Positions 10,304-19,750 of a stretch of 64,000 bases of DNA are shown piece after piece (within the stretch, counting starts at the first letter, position 1; the number at the start of each line of letters is the position of its first letter). This DNA comes from Patescibacteria group bacterium (GTDB taxonomy: Bacteria > Patescibacteriota > Saccharimonadia > Saccharimonadales > CAIOMD01): the NCBI GenBank assembly GCA_035510605.1, contig DATKGW010000012.1, forward strand, positions 47,895 to 111,894, given 5' to 3'. The position numbers and the translations under genes were made by a program. The notes below the pieces were generated by a model. The model was given only the letters and a program-made list of their open reading frames with translations. It was not told the DNA's origin and made no database searches.

Positions 10304-10864
10304 TTAATATCTCCGGCAGGGTTTAAAACTTAAACGATGGTGAACTGACACACCATGGATTTGCAGGGCAGCAGCATGAGCCTGCGTGCCATAACCAACA
10401 TGTTTCTCGAAGCCATATGCAGGAAATTGTTTGGCTAAAAAATTCATGTGGGCATCGCGGGCTACTTTGGCCACAATACTGGCAGCGCTAACCACTGGTA
10501 TGATTTGGTCGGCCTTAATTATTGTTCTGGCATTTAACGTCGGTACATAATTAACTGACCCATCAATAATTATCTCTTCCCGAGGTTTTAAAGATACTGC
10601 ATCTAGTGCCCGTGCCGTAGCCAGACGCATAGCTTTCGCCAAGCCAATATCATCTATTGTTTGAGCACTTACCCAACCGTATCCAATATCAGCGCTCAGT
10701 TTAATTTGCTCAGCCAGTTGCCGTCGGATTTTAGGACTAAGCTGTTTGGAGTCTTTTAGACCTTTAACCGGTTTATTCAACCTAACCGCACAAACCAGCA
10801 GTGGACCTGCCCAAGCTCCCCGCCCAACTTCATCTATTCCAATCATATCTATCTTAGTATACAA
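10304..10864 (-). CDS. rnhB: ribonuclease HII
   Basis: IGIDEVGRGAWAGPL catalytic DEDD start, typical RNase HII length and motifs. Confidence 0.85.
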   Translation of the reverse strand: MYTKIDMIGIDEVGRGAWAGPLLVCAVRLNKPVKGLKDSKQLSPKIRRQLAEQIKLSADIGYGWVSAQTIDDIGLAKAMRLATARALDAVSLKPREEIIIDGSVNYVPTLNARTIIKADQIIPVVSAASIVAKVARDAHMNFLAKQFPAYGFEKHVGYGTQAHAAALQIHGVSVHHRLSFKPCRRY

Positions 10865-10913
10865 AAACCTCCGATTTTACCCGGCGGTTTTATTTGTTTT
10901 TTAAACTGCAGAC

Positions 10914-11471
10914 TTATTGTTTTTTAAGTTTTTCTGACTCGACAACTTCTTGAGTCACCGCCTCGTGAGCCGCTAGGGCTTCTTCAAGCTTTCTGGCTTC
11001 TTTTGCTTCTTTAGTCTCGGCTGCTTTTTCTTCCTCTTCATGCGCCGCAGTAGCTTCTTCGTGTAATTTTTCTTCTTCGGCTTCAGCCTGAACATCGTGT
11101 ATGGCATTAACGGCTTTTTTATCAAAATCCACACCGGTTAATCTCGTGGATTTACCGGTCCTAACGCGCATATAACTCAAATAATTACGACGGACCTTAC
11201 TTCTTTTGACGACTTCGACTTTTAATACATTCGGGCTGTGTAACATATAATTTTTTTCAACACCAACACCACTGGCTATCCGTCGGACAGTAATACTGGC
11301 AGTTAAGCTTTTTTTGCGGTCGGTGCGAATTACCATGCCCTCGAATATCTGGATGCGCTCTTTGCCGGCTTCTTTAATTTTTTGGTGGACTTTAACAGTG
11401 TCGCCGGTATTAACATTAACTATCTGCGGCTTGATGTATTTGGCTTCAATTGTCTGTATTAGACTTGGCAT
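10914..11471 (-). CDS. rplS: 50S ribosomal protein L19 with ~65-aa acidic/Lys-rich C-terminal extension
   Basis: Conserved L19 core (KPQIVNVNTGDTVKV...IQIFEGMVI...RRIASGVGVE), followed by an EEEK/AAHE low-complexity tail. Confidence 0.85.
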   Translation of the reverse strand: MPSLIQTIEAKYIKPQIVNVNTGDTVKVHQKIKEAGKERIQIFEGMVIRTDRKKSLTASITVRRIASGVGVEKNYMLHSPNVLKVEVVKRSKVRRNYLSYMRVRTGKSTRLTGVDFDKKAVNAIHDVQAEAEEEKLHEEATAAHEEEEKAAETKEAKEARKLEEALAAHEAVTQEVVESEKLKKQ

Positions 11472-11540
11472 GGCAAAAAATAGTCCTTAATTTTTACAAA
11501 TTATTAATTTAGAGTCAAAAAACACTATATCATATCTGTT

Positions 11541-11574
11541 TAATATTGAAAAGGGTTCTAGTAGTCGAGAACCC
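11541..11574 (-). terminator. rho-independent terminator overlapping the pilB stop codon
   Basis: On the minus strand: GGGUUCU-cgacuac-AGAACCC followed by UUUUCAAUAUU. The stop codon lies in the loop region. Confidence 0.5.
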
Positions 11575-13159
11575 TAATGATTTCTTCTAGGCTTGTTACT
11601 CCAGAAATTACCCGAAGGACTCCATATTGCAGTATTGTCAGCATGCCGTCTGAGATTGCAATTTTTTCTAAATTATCGGTAGTGATTTCGTGGGCTGGTT
11701 TACGCAATTCTTGCTGCAAAGTCGGAGTCATTTGTAATAGTTCCCTGACAGCAAACTGGCCGGAGTAGCCAAACGGGTTATCGGCAGATGAACCCGGATG
11801 AAATAACTGCAGATTTTCTAAATTTGGCTTCTCTATATGGGCAGGTAGGGACCCAATAATTTCTTTTAGCCAATTTAATGTATGCTCATCCGGCGTATAG
11901 GGTTGTTTAGTAGCCTCGTCTAAACGCCGGACTAGGCGTTGGGCGGTTACCAAACGAATAGCAGAAGTGAAAAGCGGATTATCACCGATTGAATCCAATA
12001 AACGAGTTAAAGCAGCAGTGGCCGAGGAGGCATGATAAGTCGATAACACCAAATGGCCAGTTAAAGCCGACTGTAAAGCTGTTTTTGCGGTATCATTATC
12101 TCTTATTTCACCAACCATAATAACGTCCGGATCCAAACGGAGGACAGCCCGGAATTTCTCAGCGAAGCCATTGACCTCCTGGCTGGAATCCACCGGTATC
12201 TGAGTAATACCCTTGATGTAATATTCAACCGGATCTTCTAAAGTAATGATCTTTCTCTCCGGGCTATTTAGTTCATTAATTATGCTGTACAGTGTGGTAG
12301 TTTTACCTGAACCGGTCGGGCCAACTATTAAAACCAGGCCGCTGGGGTGGTTGATAATATCATCCAGCACATCTTTTTCTTCTTTATCAAGCCCTAAATT
12401 TTCCAACTTCATTAGCTCGGGATTCAGATTAAAAAGCCTGAGTACTACATCCATACCATATATGGCCGGTACCGTTTCAACGCGCAAATTAACTCTGACC
12501 TCTGTGCCATCGGCCAATTTATAGTTTTTGCTGATGTGGCCGGTTTGAGAATCGGCCGATGCGGTTGAAATATTGGCTGCTACTGCCAAGCTAGACAGCA
12601 GCATTTTATATTTATCCCGACTCATTTCGGCCACCGGATGCAATACCCCGTCCACCCTAAACCTAATGCGAATTCTATCTTCTTGGTTTTCTAAATGAAT
12701 GTCGGAAGCTTTCAAGCGGTAGGCTTGTGAAACAACATAAGCCAGCATGTCATCGGCCCGGACCTGCCCCAAAGTTTGCGAAACAGCCGCCAATTGATCT
12801 TTCTCTTCGGAGCTACTCAAGGCAATGTCGTGGTAAACAACCGTCTTGGGTGGATCATAACGCTTCATCAATTCCCTGTAACCAGTTTCAGAAATAAGCG
12901 CGAAGCTTACTTTTTGATCGGCAAATCTTTGCCGCAGATTATTCATTGTAGCTTGAGAAGTTGTATTGGTTACGCCAAATTGAATATTGTGAGGACCTGC
13001 TAAAATCGGGATGACTCTTAGATCATACAACTCGGGCACATTTAATATATCAGGGAACAAATCAACTTGACGGTTTGATGTATCTTCGTAAGGCATATTT
13101 AACAACCGCGCTCGGCGCAAAGTTGTTTGTTCATCTATAGTTCGAGCTTCATCAGCCAT
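11558..13159 (-). CDS. pilB: type IV pilus assembly / type II secretion ATPase (PilB/GspE family)
   Basis: Walker A VLIVGPTGSGKTT, GspE N-domain, Asp/His boxes of secretion ATPases. Confidence 0.8.
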   Translation of the reverse strand: MADEARTIDEQTTLRRARLLNMPYEDTSNRQVDLFPDILNVPELYDLRVIPILAGPHNIQFGVTNTTSQATMNNLRQRFADQKVSFALISETGYRELMKRYDPPKTVVYHDIALSSSEEKDQLAAVSQTLGQVRADDMLAYVVSQAYRLKASDIHLENQEDRIRIRFRVDGVLHPVAEMSRDKYKMLLSSLAVAANISTASADSQTGHISKNYKLADGTEVRVNLRVETVPAIYGMDVVLRLFNLNPELMKLENLGLDKEEKDVLDDIINHPSGLVLIVGPTGSGKTTTLYSIINELNSPERKIITLEDPVEYYIKGITQIPVDSSQEVNGFAEKFRAVLRLDPDVIMVGEIRDNDTAKTALQSALTGHLVLSTYHASSATAALTRLLDSIGDNPLFTSAIRLVTAQRLVRRLDEATKQPYTPDEHTLNWLKEIIGSLPAHIEKPNLENLQLFHPGSSADNPFGYSGQFAVRELLQMTPTLQQELRKPAHEITTDNLEKIAISDGMLTILQYGVLRVISGVTSLEEIIRVLDY

Positions 13160-13235
13160 AATTTAACTTTAGTATAGCAAGTAAAAACCACTAGCGGTAT
13201 AAGCATCTAACAGTATTTTGATATGATTAAGAGAT

Positions 13236-13742
13236 ATGATCCAATTGGCGCTAATACTATCAGACATAAGAAGTACTTTTAACGTCGGTAGCATCATGCG
13301 CAGTGCTGATTGTTTTGGGGTAAAACATATCTTTTTTGCCGGTTATACGCCATACCCGAAATATAATGGTGATACAAGGTTACCTCACCTAGCTGATAAA
13401 ATTACCAGGGCTATCCACAAAACAGCACTTGGAGCCGAAATAACAATACCTTTTGATTTGTATGATGATACCCAAAAAGCCATTACCGCCGCCCGCAAGC
13501 AAGGATATGTAATTGCCGCGCTTGAGCAATCACCAACCAGTCAAGCGTTGCACAAGTATCATCCGCCAACAAAATTGGCCTTAATATTAGGCAATGAAAT
13601 CGAAGGCGTTTCAATGCAGACTCTAAGCACAAGTGATGTCATACTAGAAATACCAATGAAAGGCCACAAAGAATCCTTAAATGTAAGTATTAGCGCTGCA
13701 GTTGCCCTGTACGCTCTAGGCTTTGTCCAAGAGGTTTCATGA
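13236..13742 (+). CDS. SpoU/TrmH-family RNA 2'-O-methyltransferase
   Basis: SPOUT fold motifs (LILGNEIEGVS, LNVSISAAVALY). Confidence 0.7.
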   Translation: MIQLALILSDIRSTFNVGSIMRSADCFGVKHIFFAGYTPYPKYNGDTRLPHLADKITRAIHKTALGAEITIPFDLYDDTQKAITAARKQGYVIAALEQSPTSQALHKYHPPTKLALILGNEIEGVSMQTLSTSDVILEIPMKGHKESLNVSISAAVALYALGFVQEVS

Positions 13743-14437
13743 ACGTAAAAGATTTTATACTACACCGCCGTTTCGGCCATGGGCTATTTATCCTAGGGGC
13801 CTTTATGCTACTGATAGTTTTGGTTGTAATCGCCCCATTAAGCAGTGGCAAATCAATGGCTTTTGGGGTAAGCGATATAGTCAGCTTGACTAACCAAGCT
13901 CGCGACCAGATGGGTCTGCCAAACTTAACAACCAGCTCAGCCTTAATGAACGCTGCCCAGATGAAAGCCGAAGACATGGCCAAACAACATTATTTTGCTC
14001 ATACAGCACCAGACGGAACTGTAGCCTGGGACTATTTTAAAAAAGTCTCCTATGCCTACTCATCGGCCGGTGAAAATCTAGCTATTACCAACGAGGATGC
14101 CCAAGCTGTAATCAATGGCTGGCTTAACAGCCCGGCTCACCGCGATAATTTGCTAAGCGATGTCTATACTGATTTGGGAATCGGCATGGCCTCATATGGT
14201 GACTATGATGGCCATAAAAACACCTTCGTAATAGTGGCTTTCTACGGTAAATCAGCGGCCATCCAAAATTCGGCAGCAGCAACTAGCCCAGCCGGCACCA
14301 ATGTGGCATTCTTACCATCATTTACCAATATGCCTCCGGCCTTGCTTGTCTCAGTCGCAGCTTGTTTCATGCTTATCGGTGGAGTAATTGAACTTAAGCA
14401 TATTAAACAACTTCATCAAAGCCATAAAATTGCCTAA
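13739..14437 (+). CDS. CAP/SCP-domain protein (YkwD-like) flanked by N- and C-terminal TM helices
   Basis: CAP motifs (NQARDQMGLPNL..., GENLA, GWLNSPAHRDNLL, TDLGIG). Start overlaps the trmH-like stop (ATGA). Confidence 0.6.
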   Translation: MNVKDFILHRRFGHGLFILGAFMLLIVLVVIAPLSSGKSMAFGVSDIVSLTNQARDQMGLPNLTTSSALMNAAQMKAEDMAKQHYFAHTAPDGTVAWDYFKKVSYAYSSAGENLAITNEDAQAVINGWLNSPAHRDNLLSDVYTDLGIGMASYGDYDGHKNTFVIVAFYGKSAAIQNSAAATSPAGTNVAFLPSFTNMPPALLVSVAACFMLIGGVIELKHIKQLHQSHKIA

Positions 14438-14442
14438 ATATG

Positions 14443-17400
14443 CTACTGAAACTTGACGTGCTCTTTTCCCACAAGCTCCTGCAAAGATTGCAATAAATCT
14501 TCGTCGCCCTTTATAAGTTGTGGCAGCTTAATCACTTGCTTATCACTACCTCCAAGCACCAGTACTGCCTCATTTGTACCCCGGTGATTATCTAAAATAG
14601 TTTTTAACTTTTGCAAAACATTTTCATCACTAGCATCTTGCATGCGGATATATAATCGCTTCTGAGCTGTCATGGGCGAATTGTTATGATTTTTGCCATA
14701 GCTCCCATTACCTGATTTGGTAGTTTTTAAAACTGTTTTGGCTCCTTTAGATTTATAATTTTTAGCTTCTTCTATAGTTACGACCCGGGCACTATCAACT
14801 AAAATTTTTGCTTCCGGCATAACTGTGCCGCTTCTATCCATGCCGTTAATTTTACCTGTCACTAATAAGATTTTTTCGTGGCTCCAAAGATCGGCAGTCT
14901 CTTTATAAACGGACGGAAAAACAACCAGTTCAATCTCCTCACCAAGTAAATCTTCTAATCGTACAAAAGCCATCGACTGGCCATTTTTAGTAGTAATCTG
15001 ACGGACATTATTAATCACACCGCCAACTGTGGCTGTTTTACCATCTTCGGCCGGTGTAATACGAGATAATTGTACGGCTTGTTCTGACATAAAAGTCTCA
15101 TAAGTCTCAAGTGGATGTTTAGATAAATATAGACCGAGTAGTTCACGTTCCCACAGTAAGTAATCATGTTCGCTATAAGTCCCGCTGCTCGGTGCTATTT
15201 CGATAGTCGAAACGGAAATATTGCTGGCCGTGTCATTGCCAAAAAGATCTGTTTGGCCACTATGACGGTCTTTGCCAAATTTAGCGCTTCTGGCTAAAAT
15301 AGTGTCAAGGTTTTCCAGCAAAGCACAACGGTCGCCAAAACGGTCAAAAGCGCCAGATTTTACCAAGCTTTCCCAGACTTTGCGATTGACTAAGTGGCTG
15401 TTTACCCTAGTTGCAAAATCAGTTATAGAGGTAAAGGCTCCGCCATTTTCTCTTGCTCTAATAATTTCGTCTACCGCGCCATGGCCAACGTTTTTTACAG
15501 CATCCATGCCAAAGCGAATCTCATCAATATTACCTTTGTCTTTTGGTACAACACCAAACTCGTTAAAGGATTGATTGACATCTGGTGGTAAAACCGTCAA
15601 CCCCATATGTTTACATTCGTTAATTTCGATTGATAAGCGATCAATGTCATCATAATCGCTGGTCATTAAGGCGGCCATGAAGGCAGCCGGGTAGTTCGCC
15701 TTTAAGTAGGCTGTCCAGTAGGCAACCATAGCATAACAAGCCGCATGACTCTTGTTAAAACAATAAGCCGCAAAATCCTCCAACTGTTTCCAGAACTGCT
15801 CCATTAGAGTGCTGTCGGCACTGGAATTTTTGATAGCTCCTTCAATAAATTCCACTTTCATTTTGGCTAGGACTTCCGGAATTTTCTTACCGATACCCTT
15901 GCGCAATGTGTCTGCCTGGCCGCCGCTAAAACCACACAGATCCTTACTGATTTGCATTACCTGTTCCTGATAAATCAAAACACCATGAGTACTTTCTAAG
16001 GCATTTTTCATTTTCGGGTGAAGATAAACAACTGCCTTTTTGCCATTTTTACGGGATATAAATTCATCTATAAACTGCATCGGGCCGGGACGGTATAATG
16101 CCACCATGGCGATAATATCTTCGAATACGCTTGGTTTTAATTGTTTTAAGTAACGTTTCATACCGGCCGATTCCAATTGAAAAACACCGGTGGTATCACC
16201 TCGGCTTAACAGTCTATAAGTCTTTTTATCATCAAGCGGCAGTGTTCCGACGTCAATCTCTTCACCATAAACTTTTTTAATAATCCTTAAGGCATTTTTA
16301 ATGGTTGTCAGGTTAGACAAGCCCAAAAAATCCATCTTTAAAAGCCCCAGATCATCGATAGGGCCCATAGCATACTGGGTAGTAATCACCCCCTTTTGAG
16401 CCATTACCAGAGGCACAAATTTGACGATATCATCGGGCGCGATTACCACGCCGGCGGCATGCACACCGTGGCTGCGGGCTGTACCTTCCAGCCTTATGGC
16501 CATATCAATTACTTGTTTTGCTATCGGGTTGTTTTCGTACTCGGCTTTAAGCTCGGTATTCTCTTTTATGGTTTGGCTTAGTGGAGTATGCCGGCCTTGA
16601 ACGGGTGGAGGTATCATTTTGGCTAGCCGGTCGACGTCTCCATATGGTACTTGCAATACTCTGCCGACATCTCTAACGGCCGCCCGGGCTGCCATTCGTC
16701 CAAACGTAATAATATTGGCCACTCTATCCGAACCATACTTATCCACGCAATACTGGATAACCTCATCTCTGCGAGAATCCTGAATATCAATATCAATATC
16801 AGGCATGCTGATACGATCCGGATTTAAAAATCGCTCGAATAGCAAATTGTATTTTAAGGGATCAAGCTCAGTAATTCTAAGAGCATAAGATATAATCGAG
16901 CCGGCCGCACTACCACGCCCCGGGCCAAACACGATACCATTATCCTTGCCCCATTTTATAAAGTCCCAAATTATCAAAAAGTAGCCGTTAAATTGCATAT
17001 GATGAATAACACTGAGTTCGTATTCAGCCCGCTCGGCAATATTTTTTGGCAACATTTTTTTGGCTTCGGCAATATTTAAATTAGCCGATATTTTCTCATT
17101 GACACCTCCGTATCTGGCAGCCAATCCTCTATAAACCAGTTTATCCAGATAACTTTTTTCGGTTTCACCCTTTGGCACCGTGAACTCAGGCATCATGATT
17201 TTACCAAGCTGCAATTCAACATCACACCTATCAGCAATAGCCTTGGTGTTGGTAATAAACTCCGGGTGTTCACCTCCCCAACGTTCAATAATTTCGTTAG
17301 GATCTTCAACATGCAGCGGGAATTCCTTCAAGGTCATCCGGTTGGTATCATTCAAGAACGAACCCGTACCGACGCAAAGCAAAATTTCATGAGCTTCTTG

Positions 17401-18108
17401 GTCTTCACGTTTTAAATAATGCGCATCACAGGTAACAACGACCGGAATATCATATTTCTTGGCTAGAGTTATGATTTTGTTGTTAACTGCTTGTTGTTCG
17501 GCATTAAACATTGGATTTTTAGGATGCCCATGGTCTTGGACTTCTAGATAATAGCGATTACCAAATATTTGTTTATACCACTTGATTGTTTTTTCGGCTT
17601 TAGCCTGCTGGCCTTCATTGAGTTCGGTACCAACTTCACCACCCATACAAGCACTTAAGACAATTAGCCCTTCATTGTATTTTTCCAACAATTCATGATC
17701 GACTCTGGGGTAATAATAAAAACCTTGCAGATTAGCGATTGTAGATAATCGCATTAAATTCCGATAGCCAACCATATTCATAGCCAGTAGAATTAAATGA
17801 TAACGATTTTTATCTTTTGCCGGATCCTTGTCGGTAATCTTACGGGCAGCCACATATGTTTCCATACCGATAATCGGTTTTATGCCGCAGGCTTTAGCTT
17901 CTTTGTAAAATTCGATTGTTCCAAATAATGAGCCGTGATCCGTTTTGGCCACCGCCGACATACCTTTTGTTTTTGTAAATTCAAGTAATGGGCCAATTTT
18001 AGTCAGACCATCAAGGAGACTGTATTGTGTATGGTTGTGCAAATGCACATAATCTCTAGCCGCCAAAGCGGTTGATGTTTTTACCAAGCTGCCTCCTAAT
18101 ATTCTCAA
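14443..18108 (-). CDS. dnaE: DNA polymerase III alpha subunit DnaE
   Basis: PHP domain (YVHLHNHTQYSLLDG), polymerase core, OB fold. The track start is a TTG; an AGGAGG sits just upstream of a second in-frame TTG at 18087, so the true start is ambiguous (18108 or 18087). Confidence 0.9.
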   Translation of the reverse strand: MRILGGSLVKTSTALAARDYVHLHNHTQYSLLDGLTKIGPLLEFTKTKGMSAVAKTDHGSLFGTIEFYKEAKACGIKPIIGMETYVAARKITDKDPAKDKNRYHLILLAMNMVGYRNLMRLSTIANLQGFYYYPRVDHELLEKYNEGLIVLSACMGGEVGTELNEGQQAKAEKTIKWYKQIFGNRYYLEVQDHGHPKNPMFNAEQQAVNNKIITLAKKYDIPVVVTCDAHYLKREDQEAHEILLCVGTGSFLNDTNRMTLKEFPLHVEDPNEIIERWGGEHPEFITNTKAIADRCDVELQLGKIMMPEFTVPKGETEKSYLDKLVYRGLAARYGGVNEKISANLNIAEAKKMLPKNIAERAEYELSVIHHMQFNGYFLIIWDFIKWGKDNGIVFGPGRGSAAGSIISYALRITELDPLKYNLLFERFLNPDRISMPDIDIDIQDSRRDEVIQYCVDKYGSDRVANIITFGRMAARAAVRDVGRVLQVPYGDVDRLAKMIPPPVQGRHTPLSQTIKENTELKAEYENNPIAKQVIDMAIRLEGTARSHGVHAAGVVIAPDDIVKFVPLVMAQKGVITTQYAMGPIDDLGLLKMDFLGLSNLTTIKNALRIIKKVYGEEIDVGTLPLDDKKTYRLLSRGDTTGVFQLESAGMKRYLKQLKPSVFEDIIAMVALYRPGPMQFIDEFISRKNGKKAVVYLHPKMKNALESTHGVLIYQEQVMQISKDLCGFSGGQADTLRKGIGKKIPEVLAKMKVEFIEGAIKNSSADSTLMEQFWKQLEDFAAYCFNKSHAACYAMVAYWTAYLKANYPAAFMAALMTSDYDDIDRLSIEINECKHMGLTVLPPDVNQSFNEFGVVPKDKGNIDEIRFGMDAVKNVGHGAVDEIIRARENGGAFTSITDFATRVNSHLVNRKVWESLVKSGAFDRFGDRCALLENLDTILARSAKFGKDRHSGQTDLFGNDTASNISVSTIEIAPSSGTYSEHDYLLWERELLGLYLSKHPLETYETFMSEQAVQLSRITPAEDGKTATVGGVINNVRQITTKNGQSMAFVRLEDLLGEEIELVVFPSVYKETADLWSHEKILLVTGKINGMDRSGTVMPEAKILVDSARVVTIEEAKNYKSKGAKTVLKTTKSGNGSYGKNHNNSPMTAQKRLYIRMQDASDENVLQKLKTILDNHRGTNEAVLVLGGSDKQVIKLPQLIKGDEDLLQSLQELVGKEHVKFQ

Positions 18109-18117
18109 AGACTATTA

Positions 18118-18150
18118 TAAAAACATCAGGGCCAAAGTCCCAATGTTTTC
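18118..18150 (-). terminator. rho-independent terminator after the ytxH-like gene, followed by a TATAAT -10 for dnaE
   Basis: On the minus strand: AACAUUGGGAC-uuu-GGCCCUGAUGUU followed by UUUUUAUAAU. Confidence 0.45.
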
Positions 18151-18176
18151 TGCTGTAAAATATACTTACTCCAAAA

Positions 18177-18587
18177 CTATTTGGTGTTTTTAATGTAGTT
18201 TGTCAGATGTTTTTTAGCTTCGGAAGCCTGTTTGACGGCTGTTTTAAGTTCCGGGTCGTCTGCATCGCCACTTCTAATTGCACTTAATAGTTCTTTAACC
18301 TTTTTTTGGGCAGTTTTGGCATCTTTTATTAATTCTGATAATTTTTCTTTTGCATGACCTTTTAGGCTTTTAGCTTTTACTGCCGCTTGTTCCATTACCT
18401 TGCCCAAATCCTTATAAAGCTCTTTTAGGTGCTTCTCGGTTTCTCGTAAAGTTTTAGCGCTACTATTTTTAATTTCAGCCCGAGTTTCTTTGCCGCTTTT
18501 AGGCGCAGTTAAAATCCCGGCCACATAACCTGCCGCTAGACTGATTGTTGAAATGACGGCTATTCTTTTAGTGGTTTCTTTCTTCAT
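18177..18587 (-). CDS. YtxH-like membrane protein
   Basis: TM helix followed by the APKSGKETR signature and a Lys-rich helical region. Start trimmed to MKKETT..., since the track N-terminal extension overlaps the upstream gene. Confidence 0.5.
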   Translation of the reverse strand: MKKETTKRIAVISTISLAAGYVAGILTAPKSGKETRAEIKNSSAKTLRETEKHLKELYKDLGKVMEQAAVKAKSLKGHAKEKLSELIKDAKTAQKKVKELLSAIRSGDADDPELKTAVKQASEAKKHLTNYIKNTK

Positions 18588-18603
18588 ATTAAAATCTCCT
18601 CCC

Positions 18604-18852
18604 TTATTTTTTGCTTCTTCGAACAGTTTTAAAAACATTGGTGAATATTTTTATAAAAGCTGCCGGAATGGCAACATTTCTAAAGGTAGAGCTTAGCGAT
18701 TCCATATCATTTACAAAACTTTCTGCTTGTCTGGTGATTTTTTTAGTACTTCGTAAAATTTTTATAAATAATATAGTCGCGATAATTGCCAGAATTAAAA
18801 ATATTGCCAGTACCACCGCTAAAATTATTACTAAAACGTGATATCCATCCAT
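18604..18852 (-). CDS. small membrane protein, DUF948/YtxG-like
   Basis: N-terminal TM helix, then an amphipathic helix; ytxG/ytxH-like pairing as in Firmicutes. Confidence 0.4.
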   Translation of the reverse strand: MDGYHVLVIILAVVLAIFLILAIIATILFIKILRSTKKITRQAESFVNDMESLSSTFRNVAIPAAFIKIFTNVFKTVRRSKK

Positions 18853-18868
18853 ATCACCTATTATACAA

Positions 18869-19750
18869 TCATTTCTCAGAAAGTCTATTTTCCAGGTATT
18901 TTCTAAAAGCCGGGCCTAGCTTAGGATCGCACAAGGCATGATCAACTACGGCGTGTAGATATCGGGATTTATCACCAGCGTCATGGTAGACACCATCTAT
19001 AAATTTGCCGTAAACCGTTTGGCTTTGGGCCAATTGGTTAATTGCATCCAGTAACACGATTTCACCACCTTTGCCTGGTTGTAAGTTGTTGACAATCGGC
19101 ACAATATCAGGCGTCAATAAATAACCGCCAACCGAAGCAAAGTTGGATGGCGCATTTTCGGGCCCGGGTTTCTCGACCAGCCTTTTTAAGCGAAATGTTC
19201 TGTCATCAAACTTGTCATCAACATCCACGATGCCATATTTTTTAGTATCTTCCGGCTTGACTTCTATCAAAGATATTACCGAAGCTTCGGTTTTTTCATA
19301 AACTTCTAATAATTGCTTGGCATGCGGTATTTCGCTTCTAAAAAAGTCATCAGCAAAAAACATGTAAAAAGGTTCATCCTTAGCCAGCAAATGAGAAGCG
19401 TTTTTTAGTGGCAAAGCATTACCTTTAGGTTCACCTTTTTGGCGAATATAAATAAAGTTGGCCATTTCGGCGATAGCCTTTATTTGTTCCGCCAATTCTT
19501 TTTTGCCGCGTGATATTAGTTCATTTTCCAACTCATCACTACGATCAAAGTGGTCTTCGATGGCTCTTTTGGTGCTGCCGGTTACAATGATAATATCGGT
19601 TACGCCGGATGCGACCAATTGCTCAACTACAATTTGAATAACCGGCCGATCAATTATTGGCAGCATTTCTTTAGGCATGGCTTTGGATTGCGGCAAAAAA
19701 CGGGTACCAAGACCGGCTGCCGCAATAACCGCTTTTGTCGGTTTTTTCAC
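18869..19750 (-). CDS. galU: UTP--glucose-1-phosphate uridylyltransferase
   Basis: AAGLGTRFLP...K nucleotidyltransferase motif with typical GalU length and motifs. Confidence 0.85.
   Translation of the reverse strand: MKKPTKAVIAAAGLGTRFLPQSKAMPKEMLPIIDRPVIQIVVEQLVASGVTDIIIVTGSTKRAIEDHFDRSDELENELISRGKKELAEQIKAIAEMANFIYIRQKGEPKGNALPLKNASHLLAKDEPFYMFFADDFFRSEIPHAKQLLEVYEKTEASVISLIEVKPEDTKKYGIVDVDDKFDDRTFRLKRLVEKPGPENAPSNFASVGGYLLTPDIVPIVNNLQPGKGGEIVLLDAINQLAQSQTVYGKFIDGVYHDAGDKSRYLHAVVDHALCDPKLGPAFRKYLENRLSEK

Noticed and set aside
15272-15591. Two plus-strand ORFs (100 and 65 aa)
   Set aside because: Antisense within dnaE. Shadow ORFs.
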